NCBI GenBank assembly: GCA_032250835.1
Contig: JAVVEA010000014.1
Location: 28,375 to 92,374, forward strand
From: a bacterium
GTDB taxonomy: Bacteria; SAR324; XYD2-FULL-50-16
Reading direction: 5' to 3'
DNA: 64,000 nucleotides
Positions 32,601 to 42,555 of the stretch are shown here, piece after piece. The notes under the pieces are model-generated. The model was not told the DNA's origin. It searched no databases and saw nothing but the letters and a program-made list of their open reading frames with translations. How positions within the stretch are numbered: the first letter of the stretch is position 1; the number at the start of each line of letters is the position of its first letter. Made by a program: the position numbers and the translations under genes.

Positions 32601-32825
32601 GTCAAAGGGGGGAAAAAGTTCTTTGCTCCAACATACCCCAACCAAGTTCTTTTGTCACCCAAGGCAAAATTAAGAGAATGGCTCATGACTTTGTGGTGGG
32701 CGGTCCCTTGGCGGAAAGGGCCCATTCTTTTTTCAGGTTGCGATAAATATTTGAATAGGCATATATTCGAAGCAATTCTGTCCCCAGGCCTCGCCTGAGT
32801 AGCAACCTGTAGCCCCCAATTATCT

Positions 32826-34016
32826 ATGGCCGCTTCGATCTTTTCCGCCGAATACGAGCGGATCTTTAAAAAAACCTGGCCGCCGATCACCGGAGCGGTG
32901 CTGTTGGCGGTTGCCAGCATTTATATGTATATGTTTATGCGCCCCTGGGGCGTTTATGACGGGATCGTGAACTGGGGGGACAATGTATTTGCTGCCTTGG
33001 GCTTAATCGAGGGGCCGATCACGCCGCCCATGCAATTTTCCACTAGCATCAGCTGCATCGGGCTTTTCGCCGGGGCGGTGGTCGCCGCGTTGCTGGCCTC
33101 TAAGGGCGGTATCCATCTGGTACGGCCTCGCGATTATGCCTTCGGCATCGTTGGCGGGGCCTTGATGGGCTTTGGCGGTACGCTGGCGCGCGGTTGCAAC
33201 GTGGGCGGCTTTTACACCTCATTCGCCGCCTTTTCGGCCGCTGCACCCTTGATGATGATCGGCCTCTTCGCCGGGGCTTATTTAGGCACCCATTTTTACC
33301 TCTTTGACCTAGGCAACCACCCGCGCCCACCTGCCGGTTACTCTAGTAAATCCTTTTTCGCTGGGGCGACTTCAAAGAAGATCCAGCCGCTTTTAGGCTT
33401 AGGCCTGTTGGTAGCTCTGCTGTTTTGGGCGCTTAGCGACGACTTTGACGTAAGTTATGAGGGCATTTCGGCCAAGCGGGGCTTGTTTTTTCTGATTGCG
33501 GCCTTCATGGGCTTTGTGATGCACCGCAGCCATTTTTGCTTTGCCCGCGCCTTCCGTGAGCCCTTCATGAGCGGTGACGGAAAGATGAGCCGCGCGGTGG
33601 CGGTATCGCTGTTGCTGGTCTTTATGGGCGGTTTGATGATCAAAGGGACGGACCTCGAAGACCTTCGCTACGCCAGCTTCTTTGTGAACCCTTCGGTCTG
33701 GGCGGGCAGCTTGGTTGGGGGCCTGATCTTTGGTTTTGGGATGGTGGTTGCCGGGGGCTGCGCCTCGGGCAGTATCTGGCGTGCTGCCGAAGGGCAGATT
33801 CGCTTAATTCTGGCGCTGGTCGCCTTTGCCTTGGTTTCGGCGGCGACCCAGCGCTGGCTTGCCGCAGAAGACCTGATGGGGCTGTTGGGAAAGGCGGTCT
33901 TCATTCCCGACCTGATGGGTTGGGGCTTAGGGATCGCGCTGTTCTTGGCCATCCCAGTGGTTTGGTACTTTCTGACGTTATACAACGAAAAGCACAATAC
34001 CTTTGTGATCGACTGA
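32826..34016 (+). CDS. YeeE/YedE thiosulfate/sulfur-compound transporter
   Basis: Multi-TM; ARGCNVGG, HFCF and AGGCASG conserved Cys motifs. Confidence 0.9.
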   Translation: MAASIFSAEYERIFKKTWPPITGAVLLAVASIYMYMFMRPWGVYDGIVNWGDNVFAALGLIEGPITPPMQFSTSISCIGLFAGAVVAALLASKGGIHLVRPRDYAFGIVGGALMGFGGTLARGCNVGGFYTSFAAFSAAAPLMMIGLFAGAYLGTHFYLFDLGNHPRPPAGYSSKSFFAGATSKKIQPLLGLGLLVALLFWALSDDFDVSYEGISAKRGLFFLIAAFMGFVMHRSHFCFARAFREPFMSGDGKMSRAVAVSLLLVFMGGLMIKGTDLEDLRYASFFVNPSVWAGSLVGGLIFGFGMVVAGGCASGSIWRAAEGQIRLILALVAFALVSAATQRWLAAEDLMGLLGKAVFIPDLMGWGLGIALFLAIPVVWYFLTLYNEKHNTFVID

Positions 34017-34038
34017 TCCCAATCGATTGGGCCCCAAT

Positions 34039-34078
34039 AAAAAAGCCCTCCCCCCGCATTGCGGGAGGAGGGCTTTTC
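34039..34078. terminator. Bidirectional intrinsic terminator
   Basis: AAAAGCCCTCC...GGAGGGCTTTT hairpin with A/T tails between convergent genes. Confidence 0.8.
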
Positions 34079-34105
34079 TGTTGGTATCCTGCTACCGAGT
34101 CTAGG

Positions 34106-34735
34106 TTATTTGACCACCGTCAGACCCAAAGATTCCCAAGACTGCATCCCGCCTCGGTAATATTTGATCTTAGAGGCCGGGTAGCCGAATTTGAGCAGGG
34201 TACGGATGGCGGCAGGCGACTGCCCGCACCAAGCCCCGTTGCAGAACATCACCAGGGTCTTGGCCTTACTGAAGTCGTGTAACATAGCGTCTTCGGTCAC
34301 CCCGGCGGTTTCTAAAAAGTCCATGGCCCCGGCGGCGTCGCCGCGCAGGGTGGTGTAGGGCACGTTGATGCTGCCCGGAATGGTGCCTTTTTCGACCCAA
34401 TCCGGCGTACGGCTGTCGATCACCAGGATATTAGAATCCTTTTCTTTAGCTACCAAGAACTGTAACATCTCCAACTCGCCGATGGTCTCAATCGCATGGG
34501 GCGCAAAGGGATTCATCGGGGCGATTACGCCCCGCCCGGTGGGCTGGTAGGCCGCATTGATTAGGTTCTTGGGGTTTTGGTTGCGCTTGATTTCGACCTT
34601 TTTCCCCTGATGGGTGACGGTCACTGAATAGAGTTCACTGGCTTTGTCGATCCAAACCTTGTCTGCCGCAAAGGCGGGCGAAGACAACACAAAACCAACC
34701 ACCAAAGAGAGCAACAACTGTTTCATCGAATCCAC
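34106..34735 (-). CDS. Periplasmic rhodanese-like sulfurtransferase
   Basis: Signal peptide; DSRTPDW..GTIPGS.N.P, FCNGAWCGQS, YYRGGM..W. Confidence 0.9.
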   Translation of the reverse strand: MDSMKQLLLSLVVGFVLSSPAFAADKVWIDKASELYSVTVTHQGKKVEIKRNQNPKNLINAAYQPTGRGVIAPMNPFAPHAIETIGELEMLQFLVAKEKDSNILVIDSRTPDWVEKGTIPGSINVPYTTLRGDAAGAMDFLETAGVTEDAMLHDFSKAKTLVMFCNGAWCGQSPAAIRTLLKFGYPASKIKYYRGGMQSWESLGLTVVK

Positions 34736-34755
34736 TCCATCAAGATTATAAAAGG

Positions 34756-35217
34756 TTAGAGTCCCCTGGCCGCAGCAATTCGCTGGTCCAAGTCACCCCA
34801 ATAAAAATCAGCCCCGTTAAAGCCGATCAGCGGTTCGGGACTGGTTTTCCCTTGGGGGTCTAAAAAGACCACCGTGGGGGTGACCGAAATTTTGTACTGG
34901 TCGACTAGGTCTTTGTACAAAATGTTTTGTCCCTCTGCGCCTTTGGCTCTTGTTGCGGGACGGTCAAAGGCGACCATCCGCACCACCGCCTGGGGAGCAT
35001 ATTCCCCGCTAGCCCGCATGGGGCCGAGGATTTGCTCTTCTAAGGCGACACAAAAGGGGCAGTCATCGGCCACGAAGACCAAGACCACCGCCTGATTCCG
35101 GTTTGAAGCCGCTTTTAAATCGGCCTTTAGGTCTGTTAAGGGGGGGAAGCTGTGTTCCACCGCCAGAGCTGGATTGGCCCAAAAAAGTAAGGCCAAAAAA
35201 ATCCAAGACCTCTTCAT
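34756..35217 (-). CDS. Periplasmic thioredoxin-fold protein (SoxW/SoxS-like)
   Basis: Signal peptide, CPFC, VTPTVVF; within the sox operon. Confidence 0.8.
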   Translation of the reverse strand: MKRSWIFLALLFWANPALAVEHSFPPLTDLKADLKAASNRNQAVVLVFVADDCPFCVALEEQILGPMRASGEYAPQAVVRMVAFDRPATRAKGAEGQNILYKDLVDQYKISVTPTVVFLDPQGKTSPEPLIGFNGADFYWGDLDQRIAAARGL

Positions 35218-35219
35218 CT

Positions 35220-36164
35220 TTAAAACTCCCGCTCTTCAACTTCTAGATAAGAGAGGCTCAGGTGCTTGCCAAAACCGGTGTCAAACTCGCGCCAGTCTTG
35301 GTAGGCCGACATGGCCTCCAATACCTTAGGTTTCATGCTTAATTGGTCTTCGCCTTCCCGGAAACGGTCGATCACCACTCGCAGCAAGTCGTTATAATAA
35401 TTGGCGCAGTCCTGGGCTATTTCGCGGCCCCCTGAAGGGCCGTGTCCGGGGATCATGACCGGCGCGCCGGTGTCCAAGGCCACCTGCATGGCATCGCGGG
35501 CCCCATAAAAGGAGCCATCGTCCATCCGCCCGACGGACTTGAAGCTACAGGTGTCCGACAAAAACAACGCGCCTTCTTCAACGATCTGCACCATCAAGTC
35601 CCCTTCGGTGTGGGATTTTTCGGGGTGGATCGTTTGGAAAGTCAAACCGCCGATCTTGACTGATTGGCCCGGCTCAATAGCCGTGGTGGGGCCCACCAGC
35701 TTAGTGGACTTGATGGTGCCTTCGGTTAGGCCCATAAATCGGTCGTACCACTCCTTTCCCTTGCCGCCTTTAAAGGCCTTGATCATGGTCGCATCGGCGT
35801 AGATCGGGGCCTTGGGGTAGGCCCGGGCAAAGGCATCATTCCCCATCCAATGGTCGGCGTGGTAGTGGCTGTTAAAGACCGCCACCACCGGCAACTTGGT
35901 CAGTTTTTTGATCTGGCGTAAGATCATCTCGCCAGCACCGAGGCTACCGCCGGGATCGATCACCACCACCCCCTCACGGGTCAGGACCACTACTGGGTTG
36001 TTGGTGAAGGAACCGTTGGTCTTATTGGGCAGCGAGCGGGGCCCTTGGATCACATAGACCCTATCGGTCAATTTGGTCGGGGCGGTATCGGGCACCGGCG
36101 TATCGGCGTAAAGTGGGGCCGCAGCCAAGTAAAGGCACAATGCAGCCGTTAGCCATCCTTTCAT
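35220..36164 (-). CDS. soxH: SoxH-like metallo-beta-lactamase-fold protein
   Basis: NSHYHADH, HTEGD, IPGHG; signal peptide from ATG 36164; sox context. Confidence 0.75.
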   Translation of the reverse strand: MKGWLTAALCLYLAAAPLYADTPVPDTAPTKLTDRVYVIQGPRSLPNKTNGSFTNNPVVVLTREGVVVIDPGGSLGAGEMILRQIKKLTKLPVVAVFNSHYHADHWMGNDAFARAYPKAPIYADATMIKAFKGGKGKEWYDRFMGLTEGTIKSTKLVGPTTAIEPGQSVKIGGLTFQTIHPEKSHTEGDLMVQIVEEGALFLSDTCSFKSVGRMDDGSFYGARDAMQVALDTGAPVMIPGHGPSGGREIAQDCANYYNDLLRVVIDRFREGEDQLSMKPKVLEAMSAYQDWREFDTGFGKHLSLSYLEVEEREF

Positions 36165-36745
36165 GGTATCTCTTGGGTACAAGGCGCCATACAAGCGCGG
36201 TTGTGGGTATCGGGCCGGGGGTCGGGCACAAAGCCCCGGCGGTTGGGCATTTCTATCTGGGCCAGATTTTTCGGGCCTAGGGGCTGGTCGATCGGGACCA
36301 AGTCATTTAGGTACAACACATAAGCGGTCACCGCATAAGTTTCGTTGGGGCTCAACGATTGGGGGGCGTCGAAGGGCATGGTGCGGCGGATGTAGTCAAA
36401 GAGCGTGGTCGTATAGGGCCAAAAGCTGCCTACGCTGCGCACCGGGGCCGTGGTCCCCAGGCTGCCGATACCGCCGATTAAACTGCCATAGGGAAAGACA
36501 CCTTCCCCAAATTCCCCGTGGCACTGGGCACAACGTTCCATATATAACGACTCCCCCTGGTTGGCTTGCCCCGAACCGGGCGGTAGGCCGGTCCCATCGG
36601 GGGCCACATCTAGGTCCCAGGGGGCCCACTCGGCTGGGCTGAGGTTTTGCCCCAACCCGTAGTATCCCGCTTCCGGCTTGCTGGCGGCGGTATGACAGCC
36701 CGCCAACAGCGTCAAGGCTATGGCCCAGAGGCTAAACCTGTGCAT
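36161..36745 (-). CDS. soxD: SoxD cytochrome c (single-heme form)
   Basis: PDGTGLPPGSG, CAQCH, VGSFWPY.TTLFDYIRR.MP, MPNR.GF; ATG 36745 overlaps the soxC end. Confidence 0.9.
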   Translation of the reverse strand: MHRFSLWAIALTLLAGCHTAASKPEAGYYGLGQNLSPAEWAPWDLDVAPDGTGLPPGSGQANQGESLYMERCAQCHGEFGEGVFPYGSLIGGIGSLGTTAPVRSVGSFWPYTTTLFDYIRRTMPFDAPQSLSPNETYAVTAYVLYLNDLVPIDQPLGPKNLAQIEMPNRRGFVPDPRPDTHNRACMAPCTQEIP

Positions 36746-37976
36746 TGCGGACCTCCCCTTGGTTGGTGACTTCCCAGGTTTGGATGGCGTTTTTGTGGTA
36801 AAAGCTAGCCGTACCTCGGGCGGCAACCAACTGGTCCAGGCGGGGCTGCACATAGCCTGTCTCGTCGATACAGCGGCTCTGCAAAAGCTGCCGCTGGCCC
36901 TCAAAACGCCAAGGTAGGGTGAAGCGGGTCAAGCAGAAGGGCAGGACCGGCCCTTCTAGCTGCGCTAATTCCCAACGTTGGCCTCCGTCGCGGCTGACCT
37001 GGACTTCGGCCACCTTGCCCCGTCCGCTCCAGGCGAGTCCGCGGATTTCATGGAAGCCGGTCTGATCTAGCTTCATGCCGCCCGAAGGGCTTAAAATCAC
37101 CGAGTTGGCCTCCTGGACAAAGGTGAATTGCCGGGCCGTTCCATCGGGCATAAAATCGCTGTAGCGGGCCGTTTCCTCGCGGGTCTGCCAGGGCTGTTCG
37201 CCTAATTCGAGGCGGCGTAGCCATTTGATTTGCAGGTTCCCTTCCCAGCCGGGGACCACCAACCGCAAGGGATAACCCTGCTCGGGCCGTAGGGCTTCGC
37301 CGTTTTGGCCCCAAGCGACGATGATGTCGTCTAAAGCCTTTTCGATGGGGATGGAGCGGGTCATGGTGGCGGCGTCGGCTCCTTCGGCTAAGAGCCATTT
37401 GGCCCTGGGCTTGACGCCTACCTCACCCAGTAAAGTCGAAAGTTTGACGCCCGTCCACTCGGAGCAACTCAGCATCCCATGGGTGTGTTGGGCCGTCTCT
37501 AATTGTACGCCCTTCCACTCTAAGCCCCCATTGGCGGCGCATTCGATAAAATGAATCCGGCTGACCGAAGGGAAGCGGGTCAGTTCCTCCATAGAAAAGC
37601 GCAAGGGCCGCTCCACTAGGCCGTGGATCACCAATTCATGTTGGTCGGGGTCAATGGCGGGGATGCCGCCGTGGTGGCGTTCGAAGTGTAGCCCGCTGGG
37701 GGTGAGGATGCCTTTTTGGTGTTGCAGCGGCGTGAAGTTGACGGCACTTTCGGGGACCCGGGCCATCCAACTGAGCTGGCGGCGGACCACCTGTTTTTCG
37801 AACTCCGAGGGCAGGCCGTAAGTCCCGTCTCCCGCCGGACGCCCCAATTGGCGGGTCCAATCGGGAACCTTTAAAGGCTGGGCCACCAACGGCCTTGCGG
37901 CAAAGGCCACCGAACCCCAGAGACTTGCTTTAAGCAAGCCACGGCGCAGGGGCTGATGGGGTCGGCGCTCAGACAT
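36732..37976 (-). CDS. soxC: SoxC sulfane dehydrogenase molybdoprotein
   Basis: Tat-like RR; TP.GLHFERHH, FIECAAN, RPEQGYPLRL, SRC.DETGY.QP. Confidence 0.95.
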   Translation of the reverse strand: MSERRPHQPLRRGLLKASLWGSVAFAARPLVAQPLKVPDWTRQLGRPAGDGTYGLPSEFEKQVVRRQLSWMARVPESAVNFTPLQHQKGILTPSGLHFERHHGGIPAIDPDQHELVIHGLVERPLRFSMEELTRFPSVSRIHFIECAANGGLEWKGVQLETAQHTHGMLSCSEWTGVKLSTLLGEVGVKPRAKWLLAEGADAATMTRSIPIEKALDDIIVAWGQNGEALRPEQGYPLRLVVPGWEGNLQIKWLRRLELGEQPWQTREETARYSDFMPDGTARQFTFVQEANSVILSPSGGMKLDQTGFHEIRGLAWSGRGKVAEVQVSRDGGQRWELAQLEGPVLPFCLTRFTLPWRFEGQRQLLQSRCIDETGYVQPRLDQLVAARGTASFYHKNAIQTWEVTNQGEVRNAQV

Positions 37977-37984
37977 AAGGTACC

Positions 37985-38416
37985 TTAAGGTCGGATGTAA
38001 GCGTATCCTTGGCGCTGCAATTCCACAATGCGCGCGAGGCCATAAGGCACCACCTCGACGTCTTCAAGTAATTTGGGCCGCTGGTGTTGCGAAGCTTCGA
38101 TACTCGATAAGGTAAAACCGCAGACGCTGAACTTAACGTATTGGAGTTGCAAACCCTTGATCCGATCGGCGACGCCGCCCTTTTCGGTCATCATCCAAAT
38201 CCCGCCTGCATAGGTCACGATCTCGATACCCACCTCGTCCATACCGTAGGCTTTGATCAAATTAACGGTGTTGGTCAGGACCCGCTTAAACAATTCGGGG
38301 TCGTTGTCGCTGACCTGCAAGACCACTTTTATTTCCGGCTCGAACATCCGCTCTTCGGCCCAAAGAGGCTGAGTGCAGGCGAGTAAGACCCAAAGGATCA
38401 ACCAAGCCTTTTTCAT
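37985..38416 (-). CDS. Exported DsrE-family protein
   Basis: VVLQVSD, IEIVTYAGG, F.VC..T, G...IVELQ..GYAYIRP. Confidence 0.85.
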   Translation of the reverse strand: MKKAWLILWVLLACTQPLWAEERMFEPEIKVVLQVSDNDPELFKRVLTNTVNLIKAYGMDEVGIEIVTYAGGIWMMTEKGGVADRIKGLQLQYVKFSVCGFTLSSIEASQHQRPKLLEDVEVVPYGLARIVELQRQGYAYIRP

Positions 38417-40134
38417 TGCAGTACCATGCCCGGATTGCCGTCAACGCCCAGGATTTTGGGCTGGTTGAGTTTAACGGACTGGATATGCTTTTGGCTACGC
38501 AGATAATCAGCCACCACGTCCCAGACCGGGCGGCCTTCGATAGGCGCGGCGACCGCCGCCCAACCGGCGACGGGGTAGTTTTTGCGTAGGTCTAAGGGCT
38601 TACCGTCTAAGGTCATGTCCACAATCCGCTCGCCAATCTTGCGCTCAGGCCAGATGCCATATTCCAGGCCCCCCACGCGGACCATATCGCCGCCTTGCTG
38701 GTAATAGGGGTCTTGGTTAAACAGGTTGTCGGCGACGTCCTCTAAAATGGCCTTGATCTGGCTGCCGGGCATGACGTTGCGGGTTACCGTCGGGTAGGTG
38801 ATGGCCGTTTGGGTCATCACCTCCTCAAAGGTGATCGGCTGCCCGGCGGGCAGGCTAACGCCCCAACGGAAACCAGGGGAGAAGGCTAGCGGCGCGTCCA
38901 GCTCTTTCATCAGCGCATCTAAGATGACCTGATCAAAGGTGCCGTTGAAGTTGCCGCGCCGGTATAAAGTCTCGTCAGTAACCGCCAGCTTTTCGTTTAG
39001 TTTGTCTAAATAAGGGGCCCGGACCTGGGTGATCAAGCGGGACATCTCGGGGTCTGCCGCCAATAGGTTCGAGAAGACCGGCAAGAGGCGGTACTGGTAG
39101 CCGGTGACCTTGCCACCTTTGACCTCAAAGTCTAGGACACTCAGGAACTTGCCGTTGCTGCCCGCATTGGTGACTAAGGTAGTGCCCCCCGCGTTTTTCA
39201 CCTCCACCGGGCGGGGGATGGCGTCGTGGGTGTGGCCGCCCATGATGGCGTCTAAGCCGGTGACCCGGCTGGCTAACTTGAGGTCTACGTCCATCCCGTT
39301 GTGGCTTAAGAGCACCACCACCTCGGCCCCTTCGTCTCTGGCCCTTTGGATGGTTTCCTGTAATTGGTCTTCGCGAATGCCGAAGCTCCAGTCGGGGATC
39401 ATGTAGCGCGGGTTGGCGATGGGCGTATAGGGGAAGGCTTGGCCGATCACGGCCACCTGGTTGCCGCCCATTTCGCGGATCGTATATGGCTTAAAGACCG
39501 GATCACCGAAGCCGGTATCAAAGACGTTTTGGGCCACAAAATCAATGCCCGCCTTTTGGTAGTCCTTTTCGATCACCTCTTTGACGCGGTCCGCCCCATA
39601 GGTAAATTCCCAGTGGCCCGTGGCGACGTCTACGCCCAGGGCGATCTGCGCGTCTACCATGTCTTGGGCATGGGTCCAAAGCGAAGTGGCCGAGCCCTGC
39701 CAGGTATCGCCACCGTCGAGCAATAAGGAGTTGGGGCGCACCGCCCGCAACTGATTGAGTAGCGTCTTTAAATGCGCAAAACCGCCGACCTTGCCATATT
39801 GGGCCGCAGCTTGCTCGTAGTCTAGATAGGTGAAGGCATGTTGCAAGATGCCCTTTTTGGGCAAGCCAAAATGCTCTAAGAAGGCGTCACCCACCAAATG
39901 GGGCGGGTTGCCTTGCATCGAACCCACGCCCAAGTTGATGTGGGGTTCTCTAAAATAGATCGGCAACAGCTGCGCGTGGCAGTCCGTATAATGTAGGATC
40001 GACAGATTGCCAAACTTGGGGACGTCGTACAGGTTTTCCGGCTGGTTTGAAAGACCCAGGCCGGCGGACCGGGAACATCCGGCCAGATAGGCAACGGCCA
40101 ACATCTGGACAAATTCTCTACGCGAAAGCTGCAT
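38413..40134 (-). CDS. soxB: SoxB thiosulfohydrolase
   Basis: Tat SRREF; HYTDCHAQL, DGGDTWQG, LSHNG, GGHTHD, YQQGGDMVR. Confidence 0.97.
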   Translation of the reverse strand: MQLSRREFVQMLAVAYLAGCSRSAGLGLSNQPENLYDVPKFGNLSILHYTDCHAQLLPIYFREPHINLGVGSMQGNPPHLVGDAFLEHFGLPKKGILQHAFTYLDYEQAAAQYGKVGGFAHLKTLLNQLRAVRPNSLLLDGGDTWQGSATSLWTHAQDMVDAQIALGVDVATGHWEFTYGADRVKEVIEKDYQKAGIDFVAQNVFDTGFGDPVFKPYTIREMGGNQVAVIGQAFPYTPIANPRYMIPDWSFGIREDQLQETIQRARDEGAEVVVLLSHNGMDVDLKLASRVTGLDAIMGGHTHDAIPRPVEVKNAGGTTLVTNAGSNGKFLSVLDFEVKGGKVTGYQYRLLPVFSNLLAADPEMSRLITQVRAPYLDKLNEKLAVTDETLYRRGNFNGTFDQVILDALMKELDAPLAFSPGFRWGVSLPAGQPITFEEVMTQTAITYPTVTRNVMPGSQIKAILEDVADNLFNQDPYYQQGGDMVRVGGLEYGIWPERKIGERIVDMTLDGKPLDLRKNYPVAGWAAVAAPIEGRPVWDVVADYLRSQKHIQSVKLNQPKILGVDGNPGMVLQ

Positions 40135-40153
40135 AACTGCTCGGTGCGGGGTA

Positions 40154-40179
40154 CCCGCCGGTCTCTAAAGACCGGCGGG
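40154..40179. other. Intergenic GC-rich hairpin between soxK and soxB
   Basis: CCCGCCGGTCT-CTAA-AGACCGGCGGG perfect 11-bp stem; possible terminator or mRNA-stability element. Confidence 0.6.
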
Positions 40180-40205
40180 CAAAGTTGCCAATAAGCCGGG
40201 ACCTG

Positions 40206-40559
40206 CTAGAAGCGCGGGCCTGCGTTTTTGTTGTCTTCGTATTGGCGGTAAGCCATTACGCCTTGTAACAGCCCGGCATGGGCGTCTTTGCAGGCTTCGT
40301 CAAAGCGGCCTTGACCGGCCAATTCCTTGGCGGTGTCGATCTCTTTGGCGGTGTTGACCCACTCGTGACCCACCGACCTGGCTTTAGCTAGCGCCGCCTC
40401 GGCCTCGCCGATATATTTGTCGAAGGTTTCTTTATTACAGTCTACAGAACCGACCTTGGCCTTGGTAACCATCGGCTTGTCGGCCTCTTTCTTTTTCGTC
40501 TCGCAAGCGCCTAAAGTTAGGACCATGGCGCTCAGGAGCAACAAGGAAAAGCGTTTCAT
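40206..40559 (-). CDS. soxK: SoxAX-binding protein (SoxK-like) lipoprotein
   Basis: Lipobox LGAC; A...KA.SVG.EW..T; C-terminal NAGPRF; located between soxA and soxB. Confidence 0.75.
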   Translation of the reverse strand: MKRFSLLLLSAMVLTLGACETKKKEADKPMVTKAKVGSVDCNKETFDKYIGEAEAALAKARSVGHEWVNTAKEIDTAKELAGQGRFDEACKDAHAGLLQGVMAYRQYEDNKNAGPRF

Positions 40560-40568
40560 CAGGTCTCC

Positions 40569-41402
40569 TTATTTGCGTGCGCCGGGGCCGTTATAGGGCA
40601 GCCCATTGCTCATGTAGGTAAGAAAAAATTCTAGGTTGCTGTATTCTTTGCCCTGCGCTTTAAAAGGCTTGGCCCGGATGTTATTGTTACAACCCCCAAA
40701 ACGGCGGTGCAGACTTCCCATGGCGTCCCACTTAGAGCGGTATACCGGGAAGTGGCTGGGGTGACCCAAGCCGGGGCTTAAGACATCCGCGCGGACGTTG
40801 TTGCCGGCATTGTAGATGTGGCAATCGGCGCAGGACATGTTGAGCTGGCCACGCTTGGCGTAATAAAACTGTTTGCCTTCGGCGTATGCTGCTTTGGCGT
40901 CAGCCCCTTCGATCTGCACTTTGATCAACTTGCCGCGGCTTTGGAAGGAAACATAGGCCGAAAGATCCACCAATTTGCCTTTCTTCCATCCGAAGGCTTC
41001 TTCACCGTTAGCTTCGCGGCACTCGTTTAAGGCGCGCTCTAGGGTAACCACCATCTTTCGCTCTGCGTCGAAGTAGGGGTAGTGCTGGCGCAAGCCTTCA
41101 GCCACAGGCCACTTAAAGCAAGACTGATAGGTCTTGCCATTAGCAAAGGGGGTATTCCATTCGGTCTCGCCCTTTTCGATGGCGATTTCATAGGGAGGGA
41201 ACTCCTCAATCGCTTCCCATTGGGCGCGGCCTTCGGGGTCGATGGCGTAGACGCCGTTGGTGAATTCTTTTAACGGCACTTCTTTAAAGGCTTCGGTGAA
41301 GTGTTTCTGGTATGCCTGGCGGTCTTGCTCGGGGTTCACATCGGCGGCGAAAGCAACCGCCGAGGTGAGCAGCAAGGCCCAGGTCAGAATCAAGTATTTC
41401 AT
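40569..41402 (-). CDS. soxA: SoxA (single-heme type)
   Basis: FPPYE, RGQLNMSCADCH, FPVYRSKW, RF.GC, LE.FLTYMSNG; first heme motif degenerate (SCFK). Confidence 0.95.
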   Translation of the reverse strand: MKYLILTWALLLTSAVAFAADVNPEQDRQAYQKHFTEAFKEVPLKEFTNGVYAIDPEGRAQWEAIEEFPPYEIAIEKGETEWNTPFANGKTYQSCFKWPVAEGLRQHYPYFDAERKMVVTLERALNECREANGEEAFGWKKGKLVDLSAYVSFQSRGKLIKVQIEGADAKAAYAEGKQFYYAKRGQLNMSCADCHIYNAGNNVRADVLSPGLGHPSHFPVYRSKWDAMGSLHRRFGGCNNNIRAKPFKAQGKEYSNLEFFLTYMSNGLPYNGPGARK

Positions 41403-41424
41403 CTTCTATTCCCTGGTTTTTTGG

Positions 41425-41733
41425 TTAGCGGACCTTGGTAGAGCCGTTAAAGGTTTGTCCCTGGTTGTCTACGGCGACCAATTCCACCTGATCCCCCGAT
41501 TTGCCGTTATATTCAAAGGCGAGGTAGGGGTTTTTGCTGATTGCACCGCCCCAATAGGCCTCAAAAACCACCTTGCCGTTGGCCTTAGCGGTAACCGTTT
41601 GGATGAAGTGCGCCGGGATTTTATTCCCCTTTTTGTCTTTGCGCTGCCCCGTTTCCATGGGGTGTTCCATGAGTGCTTTTACTTCTACAACGCCCTGATC
41701 TTGGCGGGCACGAATCCGAATTTTATCTGCCAT
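41425..41733 (-). CDS. soxZ: SoxZ
   Basis: HPMETG.RKD..G..IPAHFI, ISKNPY. Confidence 0.97.
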   Translation of the reverse strand: MADKIRIRARQDQGVVEVKALMEHPMETGQRKDKKGNKIPAHFIQTVTAKANGKVVFEAYWGGAISKNPYLAFEYNGKSGDQVELVAVDNQGQTFNGSTKVR

Positions 41734-41736
41734 GGT

Positions 41737-42195
41737 CTAACCTCCACATCCGCCAATGGTGACTTTAATTTCCTGGTGAGTTGCATAGAGCTTTCCTTTT
41801 GCCTTAACCACCGCATAGAGGTTAGAGGTCTTAGCCATCTTGATGCGCGTCGAGATGTTCTGCTTGGCGCCCAGCAAGATGAAGCTGCCAATCAGCGGCG
41901 TCGGGTTGTTCTCGACGAAGATGCTGATGCTCTCGGCTCCGTCGATTTCCGAAGAAATTGAGATGGGGACGACCGCGCCATTTTCGGCAATGTTTGGTGC
42001 CGTGATTTTGATCTGGTCGGATTCGGTGGTCTCAGCGGTGCCATAATAGGCCTTCATGGCGTCGGCCATTTTGTTGGACTCGAAGGCTTCCTTGTTGTAG
42101 GCGGCCAAAAGAGCCTTGGGCAGACTGCTAGCGAAGGCAAACATCGCTGTGGTAGCAAGCATACCCTTGGCGAACATGCGGCGGGAAAGATTCAT
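41737..42195 (-). CDS. soxY: SoxY sulfur carrier
   Basis: Tat SRR; IAENGAVVP; C-terminal VTIGGCGG. Confidence 0.98.
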   Translation of the reverse strand: MNLSRRMFAKGMLATTAMFAFASSLPKALLAAYNKEAFESNKMADAMKAYYGTAETTESDQIKITAPNIAENGAVVPISISSEIDGAESISIFVENNPTPLIGSFILLGAKQNISTRIKMAKTSNLYAVVKAKGKLYATHQEIKVTIGGCGG

Positions 42196-42210
42196 TGTGG
42201 GTCTCCTAAT

Positions 42211-42555
42211 CTATAGGGAGTGGATGTAATCGACGACCGCTTCCAGCTCGGCGTCGCTCAAGATACCGTGCCGACCAAAGGGGGGCATCATGCTGTTGGG
42301 ATTGGCGGCGGTAGAGTCGTAAATCTGGGCCCAGAGGGTTTGGCGGTCTTCGAAGCGCTGTTTCATAGCCACCAGCGGAGGACCCACCGTACCGGCGAGC
42401 TCGCCACCTTCAATCTGGTGGCAAGCGAGACAGTTTCCCTTCTTGCGATCAAAGGCAATCTCTTTGCCCTTTTCGATATCCGCGGCCCAGACAGCCGAGG
42501 TCGATAGGGCCAAGCCTATCAAGACTAAAGCAATTTGTTTCTTCATGGGTGCCAT
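42211..42555 (-). CDS. soxX: SoxX cytochrome c
   Basis: KKGNCLACH, GPPL, MPPFG. Confidence 0.95.
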   Translation of the reverse strand: MAPMKKQIALVLIGLALSTSAVWAADIEKGKEIAFDRKKGNCLACHQIEGGELAGTVGPPLVAMKQRFEDRQTLWAQIYDSTAANPNSMMPPFGRHGILSDAELEAVVDYIHSL

